From Spirochaetales bacterium (lineage in GTDB: Bacteria; Spirochaetota; Spirochaetia; CADAEX01), in the NCBI GenBank assembly GCA_024233785.1, contig JACKPD010000013.1, forward strand, positions 665-64,664: a DNA stretch of 64,000 bases. The letters are read 5' to 3'. A program made the position numbers and the translations under genes. The notes beneath the pieces are model-generated. The model saw only the letters and a list, made by a program, of their open reading frames with translations. It was not told where the DNA came from and ran no database searches. The first letter of the stretch is position 1. Every line of letters starts with the position of its first letter. Below, one piece after another: positions 1-9,506 of this stretch.

Positions 1-269
1 GTTGTGCTGCTGCTGAATTGAACAAGTAGCACAAGGACTCTCATGCTTCCTGACGCGATAAGGGGGGATGCCTTCATCACTGCTGAACTTCTCATCAGCG
101 ACTGGTAAAGAGGCGTATCTCCTTCTGCCGGGGCGGGCGGCCGTTCACGTCCTGAAGGGTTCAAGTTTCCCGGGTGGGGCGGCATCGCAGCTGCCTGTAA
201 AGCTGTAAATATAAAAAGCGCAATCACAAATGCTGTAAACAGCGTGTATTTTCTTAAATCACTGAACAT
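1..269 (-). CDS. Secreted protein, N-terminal part only (gene runs off the left edge)
   Basis: Reverse-strand ATG at 269-267 opens MFSDLRKYTLFTAFVIALFIFTALQAAA..., which looks like a signal peptide, and the frame stays open to position 1. It is absent from the ORF track because no stop lies in the window. The ...MRVLVLLVQFSS segment weakly resembles M6/immune-inhibitor-A peptidase N-termini. Confidence 0.45.
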   Translation of the reverse strand, partial: MFSDLRKYTLFTAFVIALFIFTALQAAAMPPHPGNLNPSGRERPPAPAEGDTPLYQSLMRSSAVMKASPLIASGSMRVLVLLVQFSSST

Positions 270-282
270 GATCCTCTAATCC

Positions 283-798
283 TTACTCTGCAATTTCGAG
301 AGATGTAACCTCAATTCTGTATCCTGCGTCAAAGGGGGCTCTCCCCTGCGATGCCGCCTCACCCGAAGGCACTCTTGAAAGACTTTTTATGTAGCCCAGT
401 TTTTCATCATAAACTGCCTTTAATACCATGGGAGAGGGCTTATCCGATTCAAGACTTCCAGTCATCTTTTCAAACATATTTTTAACGGTAAGAGACTGAA
501 TAAAACTCTCTGAAAGAGAGGCTGTATCCGTATTACCGGTTTTCCAGTCAGTTACAGTATTATCAGCAACTGTAATTTTTATTTCTTCAGGCGGAAACGT
601 ACCGCGCATATAGATAATATCAGCCTTATACGATGTAATCTTCTGCCTGTCCCACTTTTTTTCCGACTTTTCGAGCATTTTCAGCTCACTTTTTTTTACT
701 GCCGTTGTGTCTTCCCTCTTTTCAGACCTCCCTGAAGCTAAAATGGGTGAGAATGCAAGAACAGCAAAGATTATCAATAAAAATGCTTTATTGGACAA
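283..798 (-). CDS. Hypothetical secreted protein
   Basis: 171-aa ORF with TTG start preceded by GGGAG. The N-terminal hydrophobic segment (FLLIIFAVLAFSPILASG) looks like a signal peptide. No family recognised. Confidence 0.55.
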   Translation of the reverse strand: MSNKAFLLIIFAVLAFSPILASGRSEKREDTTAVKKSELKMLEKSEKKWDRQKITSYKADIIYMRGTFPPEEIKITVADNTVTDWKTGNTDTASLSESFIQSLTVKNMFEKMTGSLESDKPSPMVLKAVYDEKLGYIKSLSRVPSGEAASQGRAPFDAGYRIEVTSLEIAE

Positions 799-933
799 TT
801 AATATTCTCCCGATAGTATACCTTTATTATAAGGCAATAATATTATTTATGGTTAAAAGTTACAAATAAAGTGTATATACATCAAGGATTTAAAGCTTTA
901 AAATAGAAGTGTAAGCAGATAAGGGAAATAACA

Positions 934-1833
934 ATGGATGTTATAAAACTAAAATCATTTATAGCTGTCGCTAAACTCAGGAATTTCAGAAAAGCATCTG
1001 AAGAGCTGTTTTTCTCCCAGCCTGCAATAAGCGCCCAGATAAAAGAACTTGAAAACTATTACAACGTGATTTTATTTGAACGGACAGGAAAAAAGGTTGA
1101 ACTTACCGAGGCAGGAGAACTTCTGCTTCCCTACGCTGTTGACCTTGTGGGTAAATTTGAGGAGTCGAGGTACAGTGTCCAGAATGCTGCAAGCGCGGAC
1201 AGGGGACGGATCAAGATCGGCACAAGCATTCTTCCCGGGCTTTATTATCTGCCTGACCTTATCGCGGAATTCAAGGAAAAGAATCCAGATATTGTTTTTG
1301 ATATATCGCTATTATATTCTGCAGAGATTGAAAAACTTGTCTATGACATGAATATTCACCTGGGTGTTATCGGTACTCCGGAAGATTTCACATTTCAGGA
1401 GCACCTGTCCTATGAAAGTGTTTTCAGGGACCGTCTTGTAGGCTGTGTATATTCCGGGCACCCTTTTTTTGAACGGGAATTTGTTTCTCTCCCGGAATTT
1501 GCCGATGAAGAACTTATTCTTCCCACAAAAAACACCTTTACCCGGAAAATAGTTGAAAAAAGCATGAAAGAGAAAGGTATCCCTTTCAAGATAACTTATG
1601 AAATAGCGAATAACGAAATGATAAAGCGGATGGTTGAAAAAAAACTGGGAGTAACTATTATGTGCTCTTCAATGATACAGGATGATCACCCTGTCCTCAA
1701 GCCTGTGATTATAGATGACCTTCACTCGTACAGGCATATAAACATTGTTTTCCGGAAAGACAGGAAACTGTCCCCGCCTCTCCGGAATTTTATAGAATTC
1801 TTAACTTCGCATCCCAAGAAAAATGTTATTTAG
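934..1833 (+). CDS. LysR-family transcriptional regulator
   Basis: N-terminal wHTH typical of LysR (FIAVAKLRNFRKASEELFFSQPAISAQIKELE) followed by a substrate-binding domain of about 200 aa. Length of 299 aa is typical. Confidence 0.9.
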   Translation: MDVIKLKSFIAVAKLRNFRKASEELFFSQPAISAQIKELENYYNVILFERTGKKVELTEAGELLLPYAVDLVGKFEESRYSVQNAASADRGRIKIGTSILPGLYYLPDLIAEFKEKNPDIVFDISLLYSAEIEKLVYDMNIHLGVIGTPEDFTFQEHLSYESVFRDRLVGCVYSGHPFFEREFVSLPEFADEELILPTKNTFTRKIVEKSMKEKGIPFKITYEIANNEMIKRMVEKKLGVTIMCSSMIQDDHPVLKPVIIDDLHSYRHINIVFRKDRKLSPPLRNFIEFLTSHPKKNVI

Positions 1834-1835
1834 AA
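1720..1835. repeat. Direct repeat copy 1 (116 bp, native lysR 3' end)
   Basis: Base-for-base identical to 2521-2636 by manual alignment. Identity ends at 1719/2520 (c vs a) and 1836/2637 (t vs a). Confidence 0.95.
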
Positions 1836-1900
1836 TTTTTAAAAAAATTAGCACGACAGAATAAAATTATAAATCAACTTCATTCAATGATTCATAGCAA

Positions 1901-2152
1901 TTACGCGGTTCTGTCTCCAATTCCCAGTAAAAGACCTGAGACACTGATATCTTCGTCAAGTTTATCCCAGTGAATACCTGTTCCGCCGCCGCTTATGATA
2001 AAATCATTTCTTTGATCAACAGAAGCTTTTAACAGTCTGGGGAAATATGATAATGGCACAGACAGCTGTCTCCCGTCAGCAAGCAGTACCCAAAGGTTAT
2101 CTTCGTCTGTCCAGACTTTGGATGCAAATACTTCTTTAGTTAAAGTATTCAT
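1901..2152 (-). CDS. DUF2442-family small protein
   Basis: 83 aa. The pattern ...LWVLLADGRQLSVPLSYFPRL..A......F.I...G.GIHW..LDEDISV..LL is the DUF2442 signature as I recall it. It overlaps the 3' end of the upstream DUF4160 reading frame. Confidence 0.8.
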   Translation of the reverse strand: MNTLTKEVFASKVWTDEDNLWVLLADGRQLSVPLSYFPRLLKASVDQRNDFIISGGGTGIHWDKLDEDISVSGLLLGIGDRTA

Positions 2153-2378
2153 GCCACTTCCTCCTTATTAACTCCTGATTATCTTCTATCATTTTTTCTA
2201 TAGTATTAAGTTCTTTTGAAGTCATGCCATAATTTGAAGCAATACTTACTTCAGGATCTAACCAATATTTTGCAACTTTTATATGCTTTCTGACATGAAT
2301 ATGACATTTCTCCAGAGGCTCACCCTCATTTGAGTAAAAAAAGAATTTTTAACCGTCTATTTCAAGTATCTTCGGCAT
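2136..2378 (-). pseudogene. DUF4160-family gene interrupted by an in-frame TAA at codon 10
   Basis: Manual translation gives MPKILEIDG*KFFFYSNEGEPLEKCHIHVRKHIKVAKYWLDPEVSIASNYGMTSKELNTIEKMIEDNQELIRRKWHEYFN*. The stop TAA (2351-2349) sits where family members have Tyr/Phe (G-Y-x-F-F-F-Y-S-N-E). It is missing from the ORF track because both pieces are short. Confidence 0.75.
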
Positions 2379-2520
2379 TCATGTTCCTTAAATAATTATA
2401 CTATTAATAGATTTTTGTTGCATCACTTTTATTCTGATGATCCTGCTGTATGAAACAGTATTTACAGTTTTTCTCTGGCAGTAAAATGAAACTTTTATTG
2501 ACAGGAATTTTTTAAATAAA

Positions 2521-2636
2521 CTTCACTCGTACAGGCATATAAACATTGTTTTCCGGAAAGACAGGAAACTGTCCCCGCCTCTCCGGAATTTTATAGAATT
2601 CTTAACTTCGCATCCCAAGAAAAATGTTATTTAGAA
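2521..2636. repeat. Direct repeat copy 2 (116 bp, duplicated lysR 3' end)
   Basis: Identical to 1720-1835. It contains the stop codon (2627-2629) of the convergent DHH gene. Confidence 0.95.
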
Positions 2637-3715
2637 ATATTTGCAAAGTATTCCTGTATTACCGGCTGAAGCTTTTTCCTGGACCAGCCTATATTTCCCT
2701 GAAGATAAAATCCGGCTCTCCTGTCTACAGGCACTTTGATTTTAGGCGGAGCCAGTTCCCCTCCATTATCCTGAAGGTATGCGTATACGCTTTCAAGCAG
2801 TACAGCGTCTTTTGAAAACAGAATCAGTTCTCTTGTAAATTCTGGTTCTGTGTAGGCTATCATGATAAAGAGTATGTCAAGAGAGTTTTTTGTATAATAT
2901 TTATCTGCTGCCTCAAGCAGCTGTGGGTCTTTCTTCAGCCAGTTCTCCATTGAAATGAGGGCAGAGCTAAACCCTGTTTTTTTAGTGCCCATTACCCATT
3001 CCTTGTAGTCTTTTCTTAAAATATCATAGCTTGAAAGAGGGGCGGTATTGAACTTTTCAAACTGAAGCCTGTCGAAAACCTTGTTCCTGTCAATCTTGAA
3101 TGCTGTAGTGATGTAGTCAATAACTTTTATGTCCTTCTCTGTTGTTCTTCCCGCTTCTTTTGAAAAGTTTACTGTATCAAGCAGTATCGGTCCCGCAAGC
3201 AGCAGCGCCTCTTCCCTGTTTTCAAGTGCCCCTACCCTGTCCCTGATTTTTTCCGCAACAAGAGTAGCGCAGGAACCCACCGGTTCAATAGTTTTGTTTT
3301 TAACAGGATATGCGTTTTCATCCTTGTGATGGTCAAGGATCTCCTCGATACATCCTGAAAGATATTCCTGCCCGCCGGAAAGCTTATTGTGATCAATCAA
3401 TGTAATTTTAAGTCTTCCTGATTTGAAAATTTCTTCGATATTGATTTCATCTATGAAGAGCAGATTGGATACTTCAATTTTTGCTTCGGTAAAAAGATAT
3501 ACAGCTTCAGTCCTTAGTTTGAAATCTGCCGCCGGTATGTTTATCAGCGGAATAAAAAGTTCATCATCGTTATTAGCTGTTTTCCCCAGAAAGTTTGCAT
3601 ACACTATTGACGATGCCATGGAGTCAAGGTCTGAGGCTTCGTTCCCCATTACGACATGAATGATCTTTTTATTGTTAAGATTAAATTTAGAATTAAAAAG
3701 AAAACTGTTTAACAT
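2627..3715 (-). CDS. DHH/DHHA2-family phosphoesterase (exopolyphosphatase/pyrophosphatase-like)
   Basis: DHH-family motifs are present: HVVMGNEASDLDSMASS, LIDHN, LDHHKDE. I place the start at ATG 3715 (MLNSF...) because GGAGGA lies 5 nt upstream. The track start at 3754 has no RBS. Confidence 0.8.
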   Translation of the reverse strand: MLNSFLFNSKFNLNNKKIIHVVMGNEASDLDSMASSIVYANFLGKTANNDDELFIPLINIPAADFKLRTEAVYLFTEAKIEVSNLLFIDEINIEEIFKSGRLKITLIDHNKLSGGQEYLSGCIEEILDHHKDENAYPVKNKTIEPVGSCATLVAEKIRDRVGALENREEALLLAGPILLDTVNFSKEAGRTTEKDIKVIDYITTAFKIDRNKVFDRLQFEKFNTAPLSSYDILRKDYKEWVMGTKKTGFSSALISMENWLKKDPQLLEAADKYYTKNSLDILFIMIAYTEPEFTRELILFSKDAVLLESVYAYLQDNGGELAPPKIKVPVDRRAGFYLQGNIGWSRKKLQPVIQEYFANISK

Positions 3716-3886
3716 AATATTCCTCCATAATAACCTCTCTTCAGAATAGAACATTGTCAGTATTCGTCAATAAGATATTGATAATCTTGTGATAGAAGTT
3801 TTCTATCAGGCTGATAGATTTTTTTCATTGGAAAAATTACGCGCCGGGCAGGTATAATGTCGTAGAATTGATGGAGGAGATCAGAA

Positions 3887-4528
3887 ATGCCAGACGTGTT
3901 TGAGAAAAACAAGGCAACTTCGGCGGAAGAAGCTGCGAAAATAGTTCCAAGGGCTGAGTTCAGGGTATTCGGCCAGGGTATAATTGATATTGTAAAAAGT
4001 AAAATGTGGAATGGAAAGACAATTCTTTTTCAGGCGAGAAAAATGCCGCTTGAGACATATTTTCTTTCAGGACTTACCAATGAGGCAAATGTCAAGGTAA
4101 GGGACGGCCTTCTTGATATAAAGGTAAAAGTAGGTGAGACCCCGGAGGGATATGAGATTTTTCAGCCAAGCGGAAAATTCCAGTTCCCGGTAAAAAAAGC
4201 TGATCTTGCGACTATTGTTTCCCATCTTAAAGTTGATATGAAACTGGACAAAGAGACCTATACAATTGATGAATTTATTGAAATGGCGAGGAAGCATCCC
4301 GATCTTGCTCCTGTCAATGTTGAGAAAATGCGCTACGGATTTACAGTTGACGGAATAATCTGCGAATATGCCCAGGTCTGGTTTAACGGCGCACTGATAG
4401 AAACAGCATGCGCGGAAAGCGAGAATTACGCCGGCATGAAAGTTGTGGTAGAAGGGCTGGGCATTTCTGAAATGCCTAATACCAGTTATTTAAAAGCCGC
4501 GAAGCGTGTTATTGGAATGGCAAAATAG
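3887..4528 (+). CDS. Hypothetical protein (weak CYTH-like beta-barrel pattern, unconfirmed)
   Basis: 213-aa ORF with GGAGGAG upstream of the ATG. Alternating charged beta-strand pattern (KVRDGLLDIKVKV, EKMRYGFTVDG), but the ExExK motif is not present. Confidence 0.55.
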   Translation: MPDVFEKNKATSAEEAAKIVPRAEFRVFGQGIIDIVKSKMWNGKTILFQARKMPLETYFLSGLTNEANVKVRDGLLDIKVKVGETPEGYEIFQPSGKFQFPVKKADLATIVSHLKVDMKLDKETYTIDEFIEMARKHPDLAPVNVEKMRYGFTVDGIICEYAQVWFNGALIETACAESENYAGMKVVVEGLGISEMPNTSYLKAAKRVIGMAK

Positions 4529-4579
4529 TATTATAATTAAGTAATACTGGAAATATAAAAAATTTTTTGGAGGAAAATA

Positions 4580-5566
4580 ATGAAAAAATTGTATATTGTA
4601 CTGTTGATATTATTATTATCAGCAACAATGGTTTTCGCAGGCGGCGCAAAAGAAGCACCCGCTGCTAAAGCTGAACCGGCAAAAGCTGCGGCTCCTGCAT
4701 TTCCTGAGAAACCGATAAAACTTGTTGTTTATCTTGCACCGGGCGGAGCAGGGGACATCCTTGCGAGAAAGTTCACAGATGTTGCTTCCAAATATTCAAA
4801 AGCTACTTTTGTAGTTGAGAACAAACCCGGAGCGGGCGGAATTGTAGCTCTCGAACATATCCGCGCCCAGGCTGCAGACGGCTATAACCTGATGTATGTA
4901 ACAAAATCAATTGTCTCCAAAGTAGCTACAACGGAAACAGATATTGACCTTAACAAGGAATATGAATGGATAGCCATGCTCCAGGTTGATCCTGAATGTG
5001 TTATTACAAATGTAAAAAACAAGGCACATACCTGGGAACAGATTTTTGAAGATTCTAAAGCCAAAAACGGAAACCAGCTCTGGCTCGGCCCGGCTGCAGG
5101 CGGGCTTGACCATGTAACTGCCCAGAAAATTTGGGCTTCCGCGGGAATGCAGGCTAAATGGGTTCCTTTTGACAGCGGCGCGAAAGCCATTGCGGCTCTT
5201 CTCGGACAGCAGGGTGTTGTATACGTAGGAAACCCGGCGGAAGTTAAGGGCAACCCTGATCTTAAGGTTGCGGCAATCTGCTATTCAGAAAGACTTCCTG
5301 AATTCAAGGATGTCCCGACATTCAAGGAACTTGGTGTAAACGGAGTTGAGAATGAGGTCATGTGGAGAGGTTTTGCAGTAAAGGCCGGAACACCTGCACC
5401 GGTTATTGCCTGGTATGAAGATCTGTTTGCCAAAGTTTCCAATGACGCTGACTGGAAGAAGACATATGAGTCAGACGGTATAGCTGTTGTAAACTGGAAA
5501 AAAGACAAGTTCAACAAGCTTGTTGCTGATGACCTTGCCGAGGCAAAGGCGGCAGCAAAAAAATAG
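4580..5566 (+). CDS. tctC: Tripartite tricarboxylate transporter substrate-binding protein (TctC/Bug family)
   Basis: Signal peptide, PGGAGD motif and a length of about 325 aa. It is followed by tctB and tctA. Confidence 0.9.
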   Translation: MKKLYIVLLILLLSATMVFAGGAKEAPAAKAEPAKAAAPAFPEKPIKLVVYLAPGGAGDILARKFTDVASKYSKATFVVENKPGAGGIVALEHIRAQAADGYNLMYVTKSIVSKVATTETDIDLNKEYEWIAMLQVDPECVITNVKNKAHTWEQIFEDSKAKNGNQLWLGPAAGGLDHVTAQKIWASAGMQAKWVPFDSGAKAIAALLGQQGVVYVGNPAEVKGNPDLKVAAICYSERLPEFKDVPTFKELGVNGVENEVMWRGFAVKAGTPAPVIAWYEDLFAKVSNDADWKKTYESDGIAVVNWKKDKFNKLVADDLAEAKAAAKK

Positions 5567-5603
5567 TTTTTCAGGTAATGAAATAAAATTATTTATAAAA
5601 AAC

Positions 5604-5634
5604 AGAGGAAGGGGGTAATACGCCCTCTTCCTCT
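5604..5634 (+). promoter_or_regulatory. Intercistronic stem-loop between tctC and tctB
   Basis: agaggaaggggg (5604-5615) pairs with ccctcttcctct (5623-5634) with one G-U pair and a 7-nt loop. The position is typical for differential expression of a binding protein versus its permease. Confidence 0.45.
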
Positions 5635-5665
5635 TTAACATTCCAATTCTTGCAGGCATAAAAAT

Positions 5666-6229
5666 ATGGATACAATAAAATATTTCGGAAAAGGGCCTGG
5701 ACTATACATAATGGCATCAGTCCTTTTTTTCCTTTTTGCAGCGATTATTTTCGCAATTTACAAATCATCAAAAAAAGAATATTTCTGGAGACTTTCTATT
5801 CCTGTCTTTTTTATTATGACGGTACTCGGTTTTATGGTAATAGCCATGGGTCTTCCAGTGAAAGGTGATGAAGTCGGCCCCGCAATTGTTCCCGAACTGT
5901 GGATAACAGGTATAATATTGTTAAGCGTTTTAATAATAATAAGAACACTGTTCGGTCTGGATGAAAAAGACCCCGGCTGGGGAAGGGTAGGAGTAGTCGG
6001 CGCTTTTCTCGCTTTTACAATACTATATCTCTATATGATAATTTATATCGGTTATTATATTTCAACATTAATCTATCTTTCAGTCAGTATATATTCTCTT
6101 TCCTACCGTGATATAAAGGTTATCGCGGGGCTTTCATTAGGATGGATTCTGGTTTCATATGTGGCTTTTTACAGAATCCTTTATGTTCCCCTTCCGAAAG
6201 GAATACTGATAGAACGGATATTCGGATAA
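5666..6229 (+). CDS. tctB: Tripartite tricarboxylate transporter small membrane subunit (TctB family)
   Basis: 187 aa with 4-5 hydrophobic helices, located between tctC and tctA. Confidence 0.75.
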   Translation: MDTIKYFGKGPGLYIMASVLFFLFAAIIFAIYKSSKKEYFWRLSIPVFFIMTVLGFMVIAMGLPVKGDEVGPAIVPELWITGIILLSVLIIIRTLFGLDEKDPGWGRVGVVGAFLAFTILYLYMIIYIGYYISTLIYLSVSIYSLSYRDIKVIAGLSLGWILVSYVAFYRILYVPLPKGILIERIFG

Positions 6230-6242
6230 GGAGTACATTTTT

Positions 6243-7745
6243 ATGGATCTTTTAATTAATCTTTTCCAGGGTTTCGGATATCTTGTGGGATGGGAACCTG
6301 TTGTCGCCATGACTGTCGGTGTTATTCTGGGAATACTCGTAGGCGCTATGCCCGGGCTTTCCCCGTCAATGGGCGTTGCTCTTCTTGTTCCCTTTACCTA
6401 CAAAATGCCGCCCCAGATCGCGCTGATACTGCTTGTATCAATTTATATAGCTTCAAATTACGGCGGCTCAATTACAGCTGTTACTATAAATACCCCGGGA
6501 ACGCCGTCCGCAGTTGTTACAGCGTTTGACGGATACCCCCTTACACAGCAGGGAAGAGCTGGAGAGGCTCTCGGCATATCGCTTGTCGCGTCAACTGTGG
6601 GCGGTATAATCGGAACTATCATACTTATATTTTTCTCTGTTCCGCTTGCAAGTCTTGCTGTAAGGCTTCATCCTGCCGAATATTTCGCTCTTGCGATATT
6701 CGGGCTTACGACTGTAGCGTCGCTGGGCGGTAAAAACTGGCCAAAGGCTTTTATTGCCGCTTTACTGGGTCTCCTTATAAACACAATCGGGCTTGACCCC
6801 ATATCAGGAGTAAAAAGGTTCACATTCGGGACCTACCGCCTTTTTGACGGGTTTGCCCTTATCCCAGCCCTTATCGGGCTTTTCGCTCTGAGTGAGGTAT
6901 TTTCAAGACTTGAGGAGTTCAAATTTGATAAGGAAAAGATAGAGGCAGATATAAATAAAACAGTATGGCCCTCCTTTATTTATTACTGGAAAATGAAATT
7001 TACAATTATAAAAACCTCAATCATCGGCACTCTTATAGGGATATTCCCCGGAGCTGGCGCTACAATTGCTACCTTTATTGCATACGATTTTACAAAAAGG
7101 GGCAGTAAGGATCCTGACAGCTTCGGTAAAGGCAATCCGGAAGGGGTAGCTGCGGCCGAGGCTTCAAACTCGAGCTCAGTCGGCGGCGCGCTTGTTCCTC
7201 TTCTGGCCCTTGGTATCCCCGGAAGTGCTACTACCGCGGTCCTTGTCGGCGCGCTTATGATCCATGACCTCAATCCCGGCCCTCTCCTTTTTACGGAACG
7301 GCCTGACATTGTATATTCACTTTTCGCCTCCTGTCTTGTCGCGAACGGAATCATGCTTGCTCTCGGCCTCATGGGTTCGAGGCTCTGGATCAAGGTTACA
7401 GACATTCCCAAGACTGTTCTTTTTCCCTGTATTCTGGCGATTTCCATAATCGGCAGTTTCGCGGTAAATTATTCATTCTTTGATGTTGCTGTATGTATAG
7501 GATTCGGGGTTGCCGGCTGGATTTTGAAAAAATTTGATTATCCTGCGGCGCCTATCGTTCTGGGCATGGTGCTTGGAAATCTGGCTGAAACAAATTTCAG
7601 AAGGGCTGTAATAATGGGCGGTTATCCTGTATTTTTCGTCAGGCCGTTCAGCGTTTTACTTCTGCTTGTTTCAGCATTGTCACTGGCATATCCTTTTTAC
7701 CAGAGCTACAGAAAAAAGAAAAAATCTGCAGCTGCAGGTAAATAA
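6243..7745 (+). CDS. tctA: Tripartite tricarboxylate transporter large permease (TctA family)
   Basis: 500-aa polytopic membrane protein with N-terminal GFGYLVGWEPVVAMTVGVILGILVGAMPGLSPSMGVALLVPFTY, typical of TctA/DUF112. Confidence 0.9.
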   Translation: MDLLINLFQGFGYLVGWEPVVAMTVGVILGILVGAMPGLSPSMGVALLVPFTYKMPPQIALILLVSIYIASNYGGSITAVTINTPGTPSAVVTAFDGYPLTQQGRAGEALGISLVASTVGGIIGTIILIFFSVPLASLAVRLHPAEYFALAIFGLTTVASLGGKNWPKAFIAALLGLLINTIGLDPISGVKRFTFGTYRLFDGFALIPALIGLFALSEVFSRLEEFKFDKEKIEADINKTVWPSFIYYWKMKFTIIKTSIIGTLIGIFPGAGATIATFIAYDFTKRGSKDPDSFGKGNPEGVAAAEASNSSSVGGALVPLLALGIPGSATTAVLVGALMIHDLNPGPLLFTERPDIVYSLFASCLVANGIMLALGLMGSRLWIKVTDIPKTVLFPCILAISIIGSFAVNYSFFDVAVCIGFGVAGWILKKFDYPAAPIVLGMVLGNLAETNFRRAVIMGGYPVFFVRPFSVLLLLVSALSLAYPFYQSYRKKKKSAAAGK

Positions 7746-7775
7746 CAGGCTAGAGTATTTAAAACAATTTCCCCT

Positions 7776-7812
7776 GCCGTCCTGCGTTTATTGCAGGGCG
7801 GCTTTAATTTTT
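7776..7812 (+). terminator. Rho-independent terminator after tctA
   Basis: gccgtcctgc (7776-7785) pairs with gcagggcggc (7793-7802) with one mismatch, followed by tttaattttt. Confidence 0.7.
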
Positions 7813-7851
7813 ATGGAACTCTCCTGAAGCAGGGTCTATAATAATTTTATT

Positions 7852-8526
7852 ATGAAAATCAGTATTAAAAAAGTTATTATACCCCTTGGCGCGGCAGGGC
7901 TTATCCTGTCAGTATATTCGATCTGGCAGCTGTTTTCCTCTTCCGGTTTTGTATTAAGGCTTGTACTTAAAACTGGGTTTCTCGCACTGAAAATATGCGC
8001 GGGCCTGGTAAAACTGCTTTTTATCAGGTCGCTTCCCGTAATCTGGTTCCCTGTTCTTGCATATCTTGTTCTCTCATGGTTTGTAAGGGACAGGGTGAAA
8101 AAGAAAATATTCCTTTTTGTGATTGTATCAGCAGAGGCTGCATTACTTGTAAATATTGCTCTCCCTTCGCTGACCTCCGTAATGTTTGCGCTTACCCGCA
8201 TCCCTTTCCTCTTCTGCGTGACTCTCCAGTTTTACATGTTTCTTCTGTTCCTGCTTCCCAATGAACTCTGGAATTTCCTTGGGGGGCTTGTCCTTTTCCT
8301 GAAGGGCTCAGCCGTTATACTTCTGCCTGATTTTCCGACCTTCCTTGATGACATAGGCATACTTTCCGCCATTTTCTTTTTCCTGTTTTTATACATAAAT
8401 ACGCTGTTATCTATTGTAAAAAGAATCGGAAAAAGGGAATCTATGGAGACGGCGGAGAAGTTCCTGCACACTCTGCCTGAGCTTGCTGGAAAAATAAAGG
8501 AACGGCGGATTGAGAATAAAGGATAA
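7852..8526 (+). CDS. Hypothetical polytopic membrane protein
   Basis: 224 aa with about 6 hydrophobic segments. No family recognised. Confidence 0.5.
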   Translation: MKISIKKVIIPLGAAGLILSVYSIWQLFSSSGFVLRLVLKTGFLALKICAGLVKLLFIRSLPVIWFPVLAYLVLSWFVRDRVKKKIFLFVIVSAEAALLVNIALPSLTSVMFALTRIPFLFCVTLQFYMFLLFLLPNELWNFLGGLVLFLKGSAVILLPDFPTFLDDIGILSAIFFFLFLYINTLLSIVKRIGKRESMETAEKFLHTLPELAGKIKERRIENKG

Positions 8527-9427
8527 ATATAATCAGCATCTGACTGGAATAGTGCTGTCTTCGATCGGTATAATTCTATTGAGCTTTGATACAGTCCTCA
8601 TCCGGCTTGCTTCAGCATCTTCATGGAATACTGTATTCTGGCGGTGCATACTTATATCTGTTACATCTTCTCTTATTCTCTTTGCAAGGGAAAGAACCAC
8701 TGTTTTTCATAAAATAAAAAAAGAAGGATTTCCTCTGATTTTATCTGGTATGTTCTGGGGCTTTTCCGGCCTTCTTTTTGTAGTTTCCGTTAAAATGACA
8801 GTTGCCGCAAATGTACTGGTTATGCTCAGTCTGTCTCCTCTTTTTGCGGGCATCGCGGGATATTTTTTTCTGGGCGAACGTATAGGCCGGCGGAGTCTGT
8901 TTATGATTGCTGTTGCCGCATCAGGTGTTTATATAATATTTGCTGGTGATATTGAAGGCGGAAACCTTGCAGGAAACCTGCTTGGCCTTTTGATACCGGT
9001 CTGCCTCGGCATTAATCTTGCCTGGATGAGAAAGCACAGCGATATAAGCAGGACTGCAGCTGTTATAACAGGCGGTCTGGTTTCTGCCTTTATCGCGTCA
9101 TTTTTTGCCGCACCTTTTTCTGTAAGCAGTATTTCGTTCTTTTATCTGGTCCTTCTCGGACTTATCGCGATACCCCTTGCACAGCTTTTGCTTTCAACCG
9201 GGACAAGGTATCTGCCCGCTTCCCGGGTTGCCCTTATTATGATGTCTGAGACATTTCTCGGACCGCTGTGGGTCTGGGCTTTTATTGGGGAAATACCTCC
9301 GGTACGGACTTTTGCAGGCGGCGCCCTGATTCTCGCAGGTGTGTTTGCAGATTCCTTTATTTCAATAATATATGATAAAAAAAATGAAAGTCCCTTACAG
9401 TTTAACAATAAAATACTGAAACAATAA
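8510..9427 (+). CDS. DMT-superfamily transporter (EamA-like)
   Basis: 305 aa with 10 predicted TM helices and a two-fold EamA-like repeat. TTG start. Confidence 0.8.
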   Translation: MRIKDKYNQHLTGIVLSSIGIILLSFDTVLIRLASASSWNTVFWRCILISVTSSLILFARERTTVFHKIKKEGFPLILSGMFWGFSGLLFVVSVKMTVAANVLVMLSLSPLFAGIAGYFFLGERIGRRSLFMIAVAASGVYIIFAGDIEGGNLAGNLLGLLIPVCLGINLAWMRKHSDISRTAAVITGGLVSAFIASFFAAPFSVSSISFFYLVLLGLIAIPLAQLLLSTGTRYLPASRVALIMMSETFLGPLWVWAFIGEIPPVRTFAGGALILAGVFADSFISIIYDKKNESPLQFNNKILKQ

Positions 9428-9506
9428 AAGCCTGGAAAATTAAATAATTTTTTATTCAAGTATCCGGTCAATCATCGTATAATTGAAATGCTTTAAGGAG
9501 GAAAAT

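Noticed and set aside
2349-2351. The in-frame TAA in the DUF4160 gene might signal stop-codon reassignment or programmed readthrough.
   Set aside because: TAA is used as a normal terminator by many well-supported genes in the window (for example the DHH phosphoesterase, the histidine phosphatase and the half-size hsdS). A simple nonsense mutation or sequencing error is more parsimonious.
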